Positions 46,616 to 55,290 of a DNA stretch of 64,000 nt are shown piece by piece. Both the position numbers and the translations under genes were made by a program. Each line of letters starts with the position of its first letter. Position 1 is the stretch's first letter. Source of the stretch: an uncultured Bacilli bacterium. GTDB lineage: Bacteria > Bacillota_I > Bacilli_A > RFN20 > CAG-826. The notes under the pieces are model-generated. The model was not told the origin of the DNA, did no database searches, and worked only from the letters and a program-made list of their open reading frames with translations. The DNA is taken from the NCBI GenBank assembly GCA_944363535.1, contig CALVUG010000003.1, positions 307 through 64,306 of the forward strand, given 5' to 3'.

Positions 46616-47902
46616 CTACATCCACTTATCGTCTAACAAGAAGTCTTCTAAGCTCGTATGATAATAACCTCGTTCATCAAAATAAGCTAAAAGACATTCC
46701 TTTTCGACGATGATCTTTTTGAATGCATCTTTTAAAAGATCGAAAGCTTTCGTTTCCTCAAGGTATTTTTTTTCATCGCTTAACGTATGGACAGATTGGA
46801 TGTAATATTTCGTATTATTTTTCGTCGCGACGAAATCAATTTCTAATTGTTTCTTATAATTTTTTCCTTCGACCTTATAATTATAATTATAATTGCCGAC
46901 GTCAACTTTAAAACCTAAGACTCGCAAATGGTTGAAGATGACATTTTCCATCAAGTGATTTTCTTCCACTTGACGAAAATTGATCGAAGCATTTCTTAAA
47001 CCCGTATCGACAAAATAATATTTGAGCGGAGAGCCGATATATTTTCGACCCTTAACGTCGTATCTTTGGGCGTCTTTAACAATGAAAGCATCGCTAAAAT
47101 AAGTAAGATATTTATTTATCGTCGATGGGGCAACGTTACGTTTTAAGTTAGTTTTAAAAGTGTTCGCTAATTTAGTGACACTAACTAAAGAGGAGGTCGA
47201 AGAAGATAGAAAGGCTAATAAAGCATCTAAAACATCTTTATTTTCTTCGATATGATGTCTTTCGATAATATCTTTTAGGTACACATTTTTTAATAAATTA
47301 TGTAAGTAATCATCTTTTTCTTGCTCACTTTTCATCTCTAAAATCAAAGGCATACCACCATAAATTAAATAATTCTTCAAAGCATCTTTTTTATCTTCGA
47401 CGTTCGTAAAATATTCCTTATAAGTTAGAGGATAGACTCTAATTTCATCAATTCTTCCGCGGAAGATAGAAAGAATATCGCTCGATAACATCATCGAATT
47501 CGAACCAGTGACGTAGATATCTAGTGTATCGTAACTATTTAACTCATTTAATAATTCGTAAATGTAGATGGAACCATTTACCCCTTCTACCGTCGCTTTT
47601 TCTAAATATTGAATTTCATCGATGAAAAGATAATATTTTTCATGAGCATAAATCATGCGCGTCTTCACGTAATCTAAAAGATGATAAGGATTACGATATT
47701 TAAAATCGCTCATCTTATCGAATTGAATTTTGATGATGTTTTCTTCTTTGACACCAATGGAAAGTAGATAATTATAAAACAAAGAGAATAGCAAAGTAGA
47801 TTTACCAACGCGACGAATGCCTGTGATGACTTTAACTAAACTACTATCTTTTTTAGCGATCAATTGGTGTAAATATAAATCTCTTGCAAACATCATTTTC
47901 AT
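46616..47902 (-). CDS. AAA+ ATPase of the AAA_14/DUF4143 type
   Basis: 428 aa. P-loop GIRRVGKSTLL, Walker B LFIDEIQ, and a C-terminal region typical of DUF4143 proteins. SD AGGAG. Confidence 0.8.
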   Translation of the reverse strand: MKMMFARDLYLHQLIAKKDSSLVKVITGIRRVGKSTLLFSLFYNYLLSIGVKEENIIKIQFDKMSDFKYRNPYHLLDYVKTRMIYAHEKYYLFIDEIQYLEKATVEGVNGSIYIYELLNELNSYDTLDIYVTGSNSMMLSSDILSIFRGRIDEIRVYPLTYKEYFTNVEDKKDALKNYLIYGGMPLILEMKSEQEKDDYLHNLLKNVYLKDIIERHHIEENKDVLDALLAFLSSSTSSLVSVTKLANTFKTNLKRNVAPSTINKYLTYFSDAFIVKDAQRYDVKGRKYIGSPLKYYFVDTGLRNASINFRQVEENHLMENVIFNHLRVLGFKVDVGNYNYNYKVEGKNYKKQLEIDFVATKNNTKYYIQSVHTLSDEKKYLEETKAFDLLKDAFKKIIVEKECLLAYFDERGYYHTSLEDFLLDDKWM

Positions 47903-47936
47903 CTCCTATTTTTTCGGATAGACGAAATTTTATAAC
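47896..47936. repeat. Direct repeat copy 1 (includes SD and ATG of the AAA ATPase gene)
   Basis: ttttcatctcctattttttcggatagacgaaattttataac. Matches copy 2 at 37 of 41 positions, with a 74-bp period. Confidence 0.85.
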
Positions 47937-47969
47937 ATAATTATACACAAAAATAGGCAAAATTAACAA

Positions 47970-48010
47970 TTTTCATCTCACAATTTTTCGGATAGACGAA
48001 ATTTTATCAC
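47970..48010. repeat. Direct repeat copy 2 (decayed duplicate of the leader and start)
   Basis: ttttcatctcacaatttttcggatagacgaaattttatcac. On the reverse strand it would start an 11-codon ORF, MKIVNFAYFCV. Confidence 0.85.
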
Positions 48011-48015
48011 TTGGC

Positions 48016-49725
48016 TTACTTCAATTTATTGAGAGTTAAAACGAAACTTTTGGCTAATAATTTATCTTCTTTATAGTTATGGCTAAGAAGAATTTTTTCA
48101 TCATCTATTTGGTAAGCAGAAACATCTTTGCTCATATTGATGATAAGTTTAATTTCTTTTTCTTCATCAAATCTTTTTAAGATGAATAAGTTCTTATCGC
48201 AATCTACACTAATACCTAAGCTATTAATATTTTGTTCTTCGTGAATTTTTGCTAAGGCTTTGATCATCTTTAAAATATCGAAGTTCCACTGACTTTCATC
48301 CCAATCGAAGCACTTACGATTATTTGGGTCCGCTAAGCCAGTTAGACCAATCTCATCACCGTAATATAAACAAGGCACACCAATGTAAGTATAAAGTAAG
48401 GCATAACCGATAAATAACTTATCAATATCTTCCTTACATTCGCTATAAAAACGCGGGATATCGTGCGAAGAAAGTAAGTTCAATAAATTGTAATTTATCG
48501 GCGTTTTGTAGCGAAAATAGTTGCTCACTAAGCGATTTTTAAACTTTATTGCGTCAATTCTTTCATAAGCGACGTAATCTAAAACATCACGCGTAAAAGC
48601 GTAATTCATGATGCTATCAAATTCGAAACCATCATTTAAAAATGCATGTGCGTCATGCCAATTTTCGCCGAGTAAGACGATATTAGCGTTAATCTTATTT
48701 AATTCGTTTCTTAACCTAATCCAAAATGAATGAGGAATTTCATCGCTCACGTCGAGTCGATAACCATCGATATTGAAATTGATGACGTAATGCTTCGCAG
48801 CTTCAATTAAATAATCTTGCACTTCTAAATTATTTAGATTAAGTCTAGGCAAGAATTTTGCGGTACCAAAAGATTCATAATTCCCTTTTTTCATATCGAC
48901 TTCATCCCCATCGATATAAAACCAATCGTAATATTTAGATTTCTTTCCATATTTTTTAACATCTTCAAAAGCAAAGAAATGCGTGGAGACGTGATTGTAA
49001 ACACCATCAAGTAAGATAATCATTTTCCTTTTATGCACTTCATCGACAAGATTTTTTAAATCGATATCGCTTCCGAAGTCACTTGCGACTTTAAAATAAT
49101 CAATTGTGTCATATTTATGATTCGTTTCAGCTTCACAAATAGGCGTAAGATATAAAGCATTCACATTTAAAGACTCGATGTAATCAAGTTTATCTAAAAT
49201 GCCTTTTAACGTTCCGCCCGCGATAGAAGAAGAAGTAATATCCTCACCCCATCTTATGTTGATGCGTGGATTTAAATTATCCTCTTTATTAAATCTATCG
49301 ACGAATATTTGATAGAAGCGTCTATTCGCTAATACTGGGCTCACTTTAATTAGATCATTCTTATTGATATAAGAAACTTGGAAGAAATTAAATTGCCCTT
49401 GCTTGATATCGTAACTATCGCTTACCCCAAATTCACTAAAGTATTTGATACTTCCATCTTTCAAAGTAATTTTAAAGACGTAAGCCAGTCTTTTATCAGT
49501 AAGCTTAAGTCTAATGACGTAATAATCTTTACTATCATCACTCGCAACTTTCTTCATTTCTAAAAAATTAACAAATTTATGGAACTTATATTTTTCGTTA
49601 TACATAAGTTCCACCTTAACGATATCATCATCTTTTTTCGTGATTAATCTAATTTCTACTTCATTTATAGACAAAGCAAAAGAATAAAGCGAATCCGCGA
49701 TATGTCTTAAACTAGAATTTTCCAT
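48016..49725 (-). CDS. Cytoplasmic GH13 alpha-glucosidase of the neopullulanase/cyclomaltodextrinase/maltogenic-amylase type (paralogue 1)
   Basis: 569 aa with no signal peptide. GH13 regions DGVYNHV, DGYRLDVSDEIP, GENWHD and LLSSHDIPRF. N-terminal extra domain. Confidence 0.85.
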   Translation of the reverse strand: MENSSLRHIADSLYSFALSINEVEIRLITKKDDDIVKVELMYNEKYKFHKFVNFLEMKKVASDDSKDYYVIRLKLTDKRLAYVFKITLKDGSIKYFSEFGVSDSYDIKQGQFNFFQVSYINKNDLIKVSPVLANRRFYQIFVDRFNKEDNLNPRINIRWGEDITSSSIAGGTLKGILDKLDYIESLNVNALYLTPICEAETNHKYDTIDYFKVASDFGSDIDLKNLVDEVHKRKMIILLDGVYNHVSTHFFAFEDVKKYGKKSKYYDWFYIDGDEVDMKKGNYESFGTAKFLPRLNLNNLEVQDYLIEAAKHYVINFNIDGYRLDVSDEIPHSFWIRLRNELNKINANIVLLGENWHDAHAFLNDGFEFDSIMNYAFTRDVLDYVAYERIDAIKFKNRLVSNYFRYKTPINYNLLNLLSSHDIPRFYSECKEDIDKLFIGYALLYTYIGVPCLYYGDEIGLTGLADPNNRKCFDWDESQWNFDILKMIKALAKIHEEQNINSLGISVDCDKNLFILKRFDEEKEIKLIINMSKDVSAYQIDDEKILLSHNYKEDKLLAKSFVLTLNKLK

Positions 49726-49824
49726 ACCTCAATTTTATAAGATTAATCTTTTAAAATAAATGAGAAATTAAAACTATGAAATAAGTGAAGATTTTATTAA
49801 ATACAATTTAATAAATTATTTCTT

Positions 49825-51555
49825 TTATTTCTTAATTTTCTTCACTTTCGTATATAGGAGCATACCGTTGAAGAAATCGTCATTACGATCGATTCTTAAA
49901 GTTAAATATTCACCTTTTTGATCATGGCTTACTAAAAGCATCTTCGCGTTTAAATCATAAAGTTTTTCGACGAGCAAATATTTATGCGCTTTGACGAAAG
50001 CTTTATCTTCGTGCATAACGTAAAATTCTTGACCAATTTTTTTCGTTTCGACATCGATAATAGGCTTACTAATTTCATCATTGACCATAATCACATTATC
50101 GTCTTTATCGCACACACTTAACGTATTTAAAGGCGCGTAAAGTTTAACTTTATCCCCCACTTTAAAATGCTTATCTTTATCGCACATGAAAGTGATACGA
50201 ATGAAGTCTTTTTTCATCCTTGCAAAGTAGACGTTAGATTTGGAACGAACATCTTTGGCTCTTATTTCCACTTCCACTTCAAAATCATCGTCATTTTCGC
50301 GATTTAATTTAAAAGCTTCTGAAGGCACTCTAATCTTACCTTCATCGCTACCAAATTCGTTCACTAAGGACTTATTTAAGAAATCTTTGATCGTATATTT
50401 CTTGTCGATGATCAGATCCGCAGCTTCAAGTTTTAAAGTGACGGGGATGTAGTTATAATCGTTAATTTTTAAGATGGAAACTTCATCTTCATTAAATAGA
50501 TGAATCTTATCTTTATTCACTTTTAGATAGATAGGACCTTTTAAATCATCGCCCATATCCATCTTCAAAGATACGATAGTGTTCTCTTCTCTTCCCGGTA
50601 AAGATAGATATAATAAAGTCTCATTACCGAGTTTTTCCACTAAGTCGATTTTTTCGACGTAGAAATCGTAATCTTCTTTACTGGCGATATCAAAATCTGA
50701 AGGTCTAATCCCTAAAATTAAATTTTGTTCATCGTAACCTGCCATCATCTTATTTTTCGTCTTCTCAGATAAAGTTAAAGAAGTGTTTTCATCTAAGATT
50801 AATTTATCGCCTTTTAAAGTAACTTTAAAAATGTTCATCTGAGGCGAACCTAAGAAAGTGGCGACGAAAACGTTGACAGGATGTTCATATAAATTGACCG
50901 GCGTATCGATTTGTTGGACGAAACCATCTTTCATGACGACGATGCGATCCCCCATCGTCATCGCTTCAGTTTGATCGTGAGTGACGTAGATGAAAGTTCC
51001 CTCCACTTGCTTATGTAACTTAGAAATTTCGCTACGCATCTGGACGCGTAGTTTTGCGTCTAGATTACTAAGCGGCTCATCGAATAAGAAAGCTTTCGGG
51101 TTTCTAATTAAACATCTTCCTAAGGCGACTCTTTGCCTTTGCCCACCGCTAAGTTCTTTTGGCTTTCTTTCTAATAATTCTTCAATGTTAAGTAACTTCG
51201 CGACGCTATTAACTTTTTCTTTGATAACTTCTTTCTTTTCGTGATGACATTTTAAAGAATAACCAAGGTTATCAAAGACCGACATATGAGGATATAACGC
51301 ATAGTTTTGGAAAACCATAGCAATATCGCGGTCACGCGGTTCGATGTTATTCACTAACGTATCGCCGATATAAATTTTACCGGAAGTAATTTCTTCTAGA
51401 CCAGCGATCATCCGTAAAGTCGTCGATTTACCGCAGCCCGATGGGCCGACGAAGATGATGAATTCCCCATCTTCAATTTCTAAATTAAAATCTGATACGG
51501 CACGCACGTTGCCTTTATAAACTTTGGAGACGTCCACTAATGTAACTTTTGCCAT
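49825..51555 (-). CDS. MalK/MsmX-type sugar ABC ATPase with a ~217-aa C-terminal extension
   Basis: 576 aa. GPSGCGKST, LSGGQRQR and FLFDEPLSNLD. The canonical regulatory domain ends near ...KIHLFNEDE (aa ~358), followed by extra OB/TOBE-like sequence. Confidence 0.85.
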   Translation of the reverse strand: MAKVTLVDVSKVYKGNVRAVSDFNLEIEDGEFIIFVGPSGCGKSTTLRMIAGLEEITSGKIYIGDTLVNNIEPRDRDIAMVFQNYALYPHMSVFDNLGYSLKCHHEKKEVIKEKVNSVAKLLNIEELLERKPKELSGGQRQRVALGRCLIRNPKAFLFDEPLSNLDAKLRVQMRSEISKLHKQVEGTFIYVTHDQTEAMTMGDRIVVMKDGFVQQIDTPVNLYEHPVNVFVATFLGSPQMNIFKVTLKGDKLILDENTSLTLSEKTKNKMMAGYDEQNLILGIRPSDFDIASKEDYDFYVEKIDLVEKLGNETLLYLSLPGREENTIVSLKMDMGDDLKGPIYLKVNKDKIHLFNEDEVSILKINDYNYIPVTLKLEAADLIIDKKYTIKDFLNKSLVNEFGSDEGKIRVPSEAFKLNRENDDDFEVEVEIRAKDVRSKSNVYFARMKKDFIRITFMCDKDKHFKVGDKVKLYAPLNTLSVCDKDDNVIMVNDEISKPIIDVETKKIGQEFYVMHEDKAFVKAHKYLLVEKLYDLNAKMLLVSHDQKGEYLTLRIDRNDDFFNGMLLYTKVKKIKK

Positions 51556-51561
51556 AACTAA

Positions 51562-52434
51562 TTATCCTTTCACAGCACCGCTAGTCATACCATTGACCAT
51601 GTACTTAACTAAGAAGAAATATAAGACGACGATTGGAACAGCGATGAAGACGCTACCGGCGGCGAACCTAGCAAATTCGTCTTGCCCTAGTTGCATTAGA
51701 CCAACCGCGACGGTCCAATTGTCTTTTTCAATCAGCAATAATTTAGGAAGGATGAAATCTGACCACGGCCAAGTAAAACTTGTTAAAGCCGTATAGACGA
51801 TGATGGGTTTTGCCAAAGGCAAAGTGATAGTCGTAAATATTCTGGCATTCGTTGCCCCATCAATTTTGGCCGCTTCGTAAATCGATTGTGGAATCGTATC
51901 GAAGAAACCTTTTTGGACGAGGTAACCTAAAGGAGCGGTACAAGAATAAATTAAGACTAAACCCCAGATGTTATTGACGATGTTGAACTGCGTCATCAAA
52001 ATGTAAATGACCGTCATCCCCATGAAGCTTGGAAACATCGAAAGCACTAAAGCGGATTTCATCAAACCTTTCCTCGCTTTGAATTGGAAATAGGAGATGA
52101 CGTAAGCTGTGCCAATAATTAAAAGCGTAGAGAAAATACAATTGAAGATAGCGATCACTAAAGTATTTGCGAGCCACTGCGGATAATTGTGATTCGCCGT
52201 ATCGGTAAACAATTTGATGAAAGCGTCAAAAGAATAAGATTCGGGAAAAAACCCTGGGGTATCGTAAAGCGAACCAGTCGCTGAAAAGGAAGATAAGATG
52301 AGCCATAAGCATGGGAAAAGGAAAATAGCGCAGACGATAATTAAGACGCAATATATCGCTACCGCACCAAGAACTTTTTTTACCTTGTAATTCATCGCCT
52401 TAGTGCTCGACCGATTTAAAGTCATAGTTTTCAT
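51562..52434 (-). CDS. Maltodextrin ABC permease (MalG-like)
   Basis: 290 aa with 6 TM helices and EAA loop YEAAKIDGATNARIFTTITLP. Confidence 0.85.
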   Translation of the reverse strand: MKTMTLNRSSTKAMNYKVKKVLGAVAIYCVLIIVCAIFLFPCLWLILSSFSATGSLYDTPGFFPESYSFDAFIKLFTDTANHNYPQWLANTLVIAIFNCIFSTLLIIGTAYVISYFQFKARKGLMKSALVLSMFPSFMGMTVIYILMTQFNIVNNIWGLVLIYSCTAPLGYLVQKGFFDTIPQSIYEAAKIDGATNARIFTTITLPLAKPIIVYTALTSFTWPWSDFILPKLLLIEKDNWTVAVGLMQLGQDEFARFAAGSVFIAVPIVVLYFFLVKYMVNGMTSGAVKG

Positions 52435-53786
52435 CGGAAAGTATCCTCCTTCTTATAAGCTGGGGATTTAATGTATATAATTAAAGAAATAGACGAAGTA
52501 ATTATAAATATAATTAATGATATTGCTGCCCCAATCGAATAAAATTGATTATCAATGGAAAGACGATATAACCAGTTTATTAATAAATCCGTATCATTAG
52601 AAACAAAATATCCTTCCGTGGTCACCGTGGACCTTAAAAAGTAGAACACACCGAAGTTATTGAAATTACCGATGAAGGAAGTAATTAACGTTGGAGTCGT
52701 GGCGAAGATGACGAAAGGTAAAGTGATATCTTTAAATTGTCTAGCTGAGCCTGCGCCGTCAATTTTAGCGGCTTCGTAAAGATCGCTATTGATGTTACTT
52801 AAAATACCCGTCGCTAAGAGCATGACGCTAGGAATGGTAAGCCAAGCATTGATCATTAGACCGATAAATCTCGCCCACCACGTCCCATCTTCCGTTAAAA
52901 ACGGAATTGGACTTCCCCCATTAGAGGTAATCATATTGTTAATTGGGCCACCTTGTGCGAACATAAATTTGAAAGCCGTCAAGGTGATGAAACCCGGAAT
53001 AGCATACGCTAAAATAGGAAATAATCGCCAGAAGAATTTACCTTTGACAATCTTTTTATTAAGTAAGATTGCTAAAAGCAAACCTAAAACGTAATTTAAT
53101 AACGTCGTCGCCACAGCCCAAAGGATATTCCACCCTAAGATTTTGAAGAACGTCGGGCCAATTTCTCCTAAGGAAAAAATTTGGACGAAATTTTCTAATC
53201 CAACCCAATCCACTAAGACGGGAGGAATGTAAGGTTCACCATAATTTGTAAACGCCACTAAGATCATGAAGACGATTGGAATGACGCTAAAGATGATCGT
53301 GCCAAGTAATGGTAAGAATAAGACCGTCTTATAGAACTTCTTATCTAATAAGTCTTTTAAATCATCTTTAAATTTCTTGGGCTTTTCACCTTTCAACACT
53401 AATTTAGATGTATTGTTCGCGTCGCGAACATTAGAAATATAAAGTGCGATAAATAAGATTAAAAGGAAGACGGACATGAGGCCTAATAACATGAAGATGA
53501 CCGAATTATCGCCTTGTTTTCCAGTCCAAGGATCACCTTGTACCGTTCCTAAGGTAAATAGACCAACGATCCATTGGAAACCATAGATAGCAAAGAAAAG
53601 AATGCCTAAAATTTCTACACCTAAATACATGATGCCTCGGCCCACTTGACGATACATAAATTGGCCTAAGCCCATGAGGCTCATGCTCGCTTTCGTATTG
53701 GTATTTGCGACTTTGAAGAAGTTGATAAAATTCGTCCAAGAATCGCTTATTTTAATTCCTAATCTTCGAAAGGCTCTCTTCATCAA
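52431..53786 (-). CDS. Maltodextrin ABC permease (MalF-like)
   Basis: 451 aa with EAA loop YEAAKIDGAGSARQFKDITLP. Overlaps the malG-like start by 4 nt. Confidence 0.85.
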   Translation of the reverse strand: MMKRAFRRLGIKISDSWTNFINFFKVANTNTKASMSLMGLGQFMYRQVGRGIMYLGVEILGILFFAIYGFQWIVGLFTLGTVQGDPWTGKQGDNSVIFMLLGLMSVFLLILFIALYISNVRDANNTSKLVLKGEKPKKFKDDLKDLLDKKFYKTVLFLPLLGTIIFSVIPIVFMILVAFTNYGEPYIPPVLVDWVGLENFVQIFSLGEIGPTFFKILGWNILWAVATTLLNYVLGLLLAILLNKKIVKGKFFWRLFPILAYAIPGFITLTAFKFMFAQGGPINNMITSNGGSPIPFLTEDGTWWARFIGLMINAWLTIPSVMLLATGILSNINSDLYEAAKIDGAGSARQFKDITLPFVIFATTPTLITSFIGNFNNFGVFYFLRSTVTTEGYFVSNDTDLLINWLYRLSIDNQFYSIGAAISLIIFIITSSISLIIYIKSPAYKKEDTFR

Positions 53787-53826
53787 CTTCTCCTCCTTTT
53801 AGTTGTTTAAAAGTAAATAATTAACA

Positions 53827-55290
53827 TTATCTATCTAATAAATGAATCGCATCGTAAATATCTTGCGATAATTGTTCTAAAGCGGCTTGAATCTTATCTA
53901 ACGTATCATATTTAGCATTCGCCCCGCGATTTGAATCCGCCGCCACATCGCCCATAAAAGAACCAGCTGGGGTCCACACTTGGTCGATAGCTTTAATTGA
54001 AGGCATAAGAACGATGCTACCGTTAGAGACGCGGTCGAAAAGTTGCTTCGAAAGTTCAGTCGATTCCGCCGAAACGTCACTTCTAGCCGGAGCAATTTGT
54101 AAAAATTCTTCTCTTAATTTCGCCATCTCATAAGACGTCGCGAAATTGATGAACGCTAAGGAAGCATTAGGATATTTCGTATAACTTGACATCGCATAGC
54201 CATTGATGCCACCCATCTGCTTACATTCGATCATTTCATCGCTAGGATTAATTAAATCACCATTCGCTGGTAAATCAGGGAATGGCACACCGATGACATT
54301 TTCTTCCGCTAAAGCGGTCGCTTCTTCTAAAGTTAAACCTTTTTCACTTTGATAAGTCGTCGCTAAGGTAGAAACGATGACGCTTCTTACATCAGGAGTA
54401 GTCACGCTAGAAAAATATTTACCTGACGCCATCGACCCAGAGATAGCAAGTTTTGCGCTATCATCGATACAAGCTGCACTCATCTCCGCGGCAAATTGTC
54501 TTAACACTTGGACGCCATATCTTGCATCACCAGCATGTAAACCAATATCGGTATCATCTCTATTATTATCACCAAATAAATAAGCTCCATAACTAAACAA
54601 ATAACCACTCGAGAAATAGAAATCATTTAAAGAAAATTCAAATCCATACTTAGTGTTATCTTGTTCGTGATAAATTTTTGAAAATTCATACAAATCTACT
54701 AAGTTTTCGACCATATCAGGGACACCATTTTGATCATCGTCCCAAGTCGTTTCCCAATCCGCAGGCAACAAATCTTTACGGTAATAGAGTAAAGGTGATT
54801 GGATGTTGAGCGGTACACCAAAGGTGTAATTTACTCCACCCACTTCCGCTTGATATGCCGCTTGAGCGGCGCTAGGAATAACTCCACTTTGATAAGCTTC
54901 GATCTTTTCAACGGGAAGAGGAGTGACATGCCTATCTTGCACCCAACCCATCAAGACGTCATTGGCCTGATAGATGACATCTGGCCCATAACCATAAGGC
55001 CCACTATTAGGAAGATCAGCAAATTCACCTTGATTGGCGTCGACTGCGGTGATGTTATATTCCGCATAAGCTTCATTAAATGCATCTAGCAATTCATCGA
55101 GATAGCCCATCTTAATAGCTGTATCGTTTTCGACGACTTTGATCGTCGCCCCGACTTCTAGATTCCCATCAAACTTATCGAAGACACTTCCGTCTCCGCC
55201 ATCATCTGGGTCATCGCCCCCACCGCAACTAGCGAGTCCAATAACTAAAGTCGAGAGCAATAAGGTAGAAATAAGTTTCTTACTTTTCAT
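53827..55290 (-). CDS. Sugar ABC solute-binding lipoprotein (MalE-like, long)
   Basis: 487 aa. Lipobox GLASC followed by a GGGDDPDDGGDG linker. Family-1 SBP-like. ATGA overlap with the upstream GH13 stop. Confidence 0.8.
   Translation of the reverse strand: MKSKKLISTLLLSTLVIGLASCGGGDDPDDGGDGSVFDKFDGNLEVGATIKVVENDTAIKMGYLDELLDAFNEAYAEYNITAVDANQGEFADLPNSGPYGYGPDVIYQANDVLMGWVQDRHVTPLPVEKIEAYQSGVIPSAAQAAYQAEVGGVNYTFGVPLNIQSPLLYYRKDLLPADWETTWDDDQNGVPDMVENLVDLYEFSKIYHEQDNTKYGFEFSLNDFYFSSGYLFSYGAYLFGDNNRDDTDIGLHAGDARYGVQVLRQFAAEMSAACIDDSAKLAISGSMASGKYFSSVTTPDVRSVIVSTLATTYQSEKGLTLEEATALAEENVIGVPFPDLPANGDLINPSDEMIECKQMGGINGYAMSSYTKYPNASLAFINFATSYEMAKLREEFLQIAPARSDVSAESTELSKQLFDRVSNGSIVLMPSIKAIDQVWTPAGSFMGDVAADSNRGANAKYDTLDKIQAALEQLSQDIYDAIHLLDR

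Noticed and set aside
47896-48010. The 41-bp direct repeats as target-site duplications or IS ends
   Set aside because: Both copies lie on the same side of the ATPase gene, 74 bp apart. There is no transposase, integrase or inverted terminal repeat nearby.
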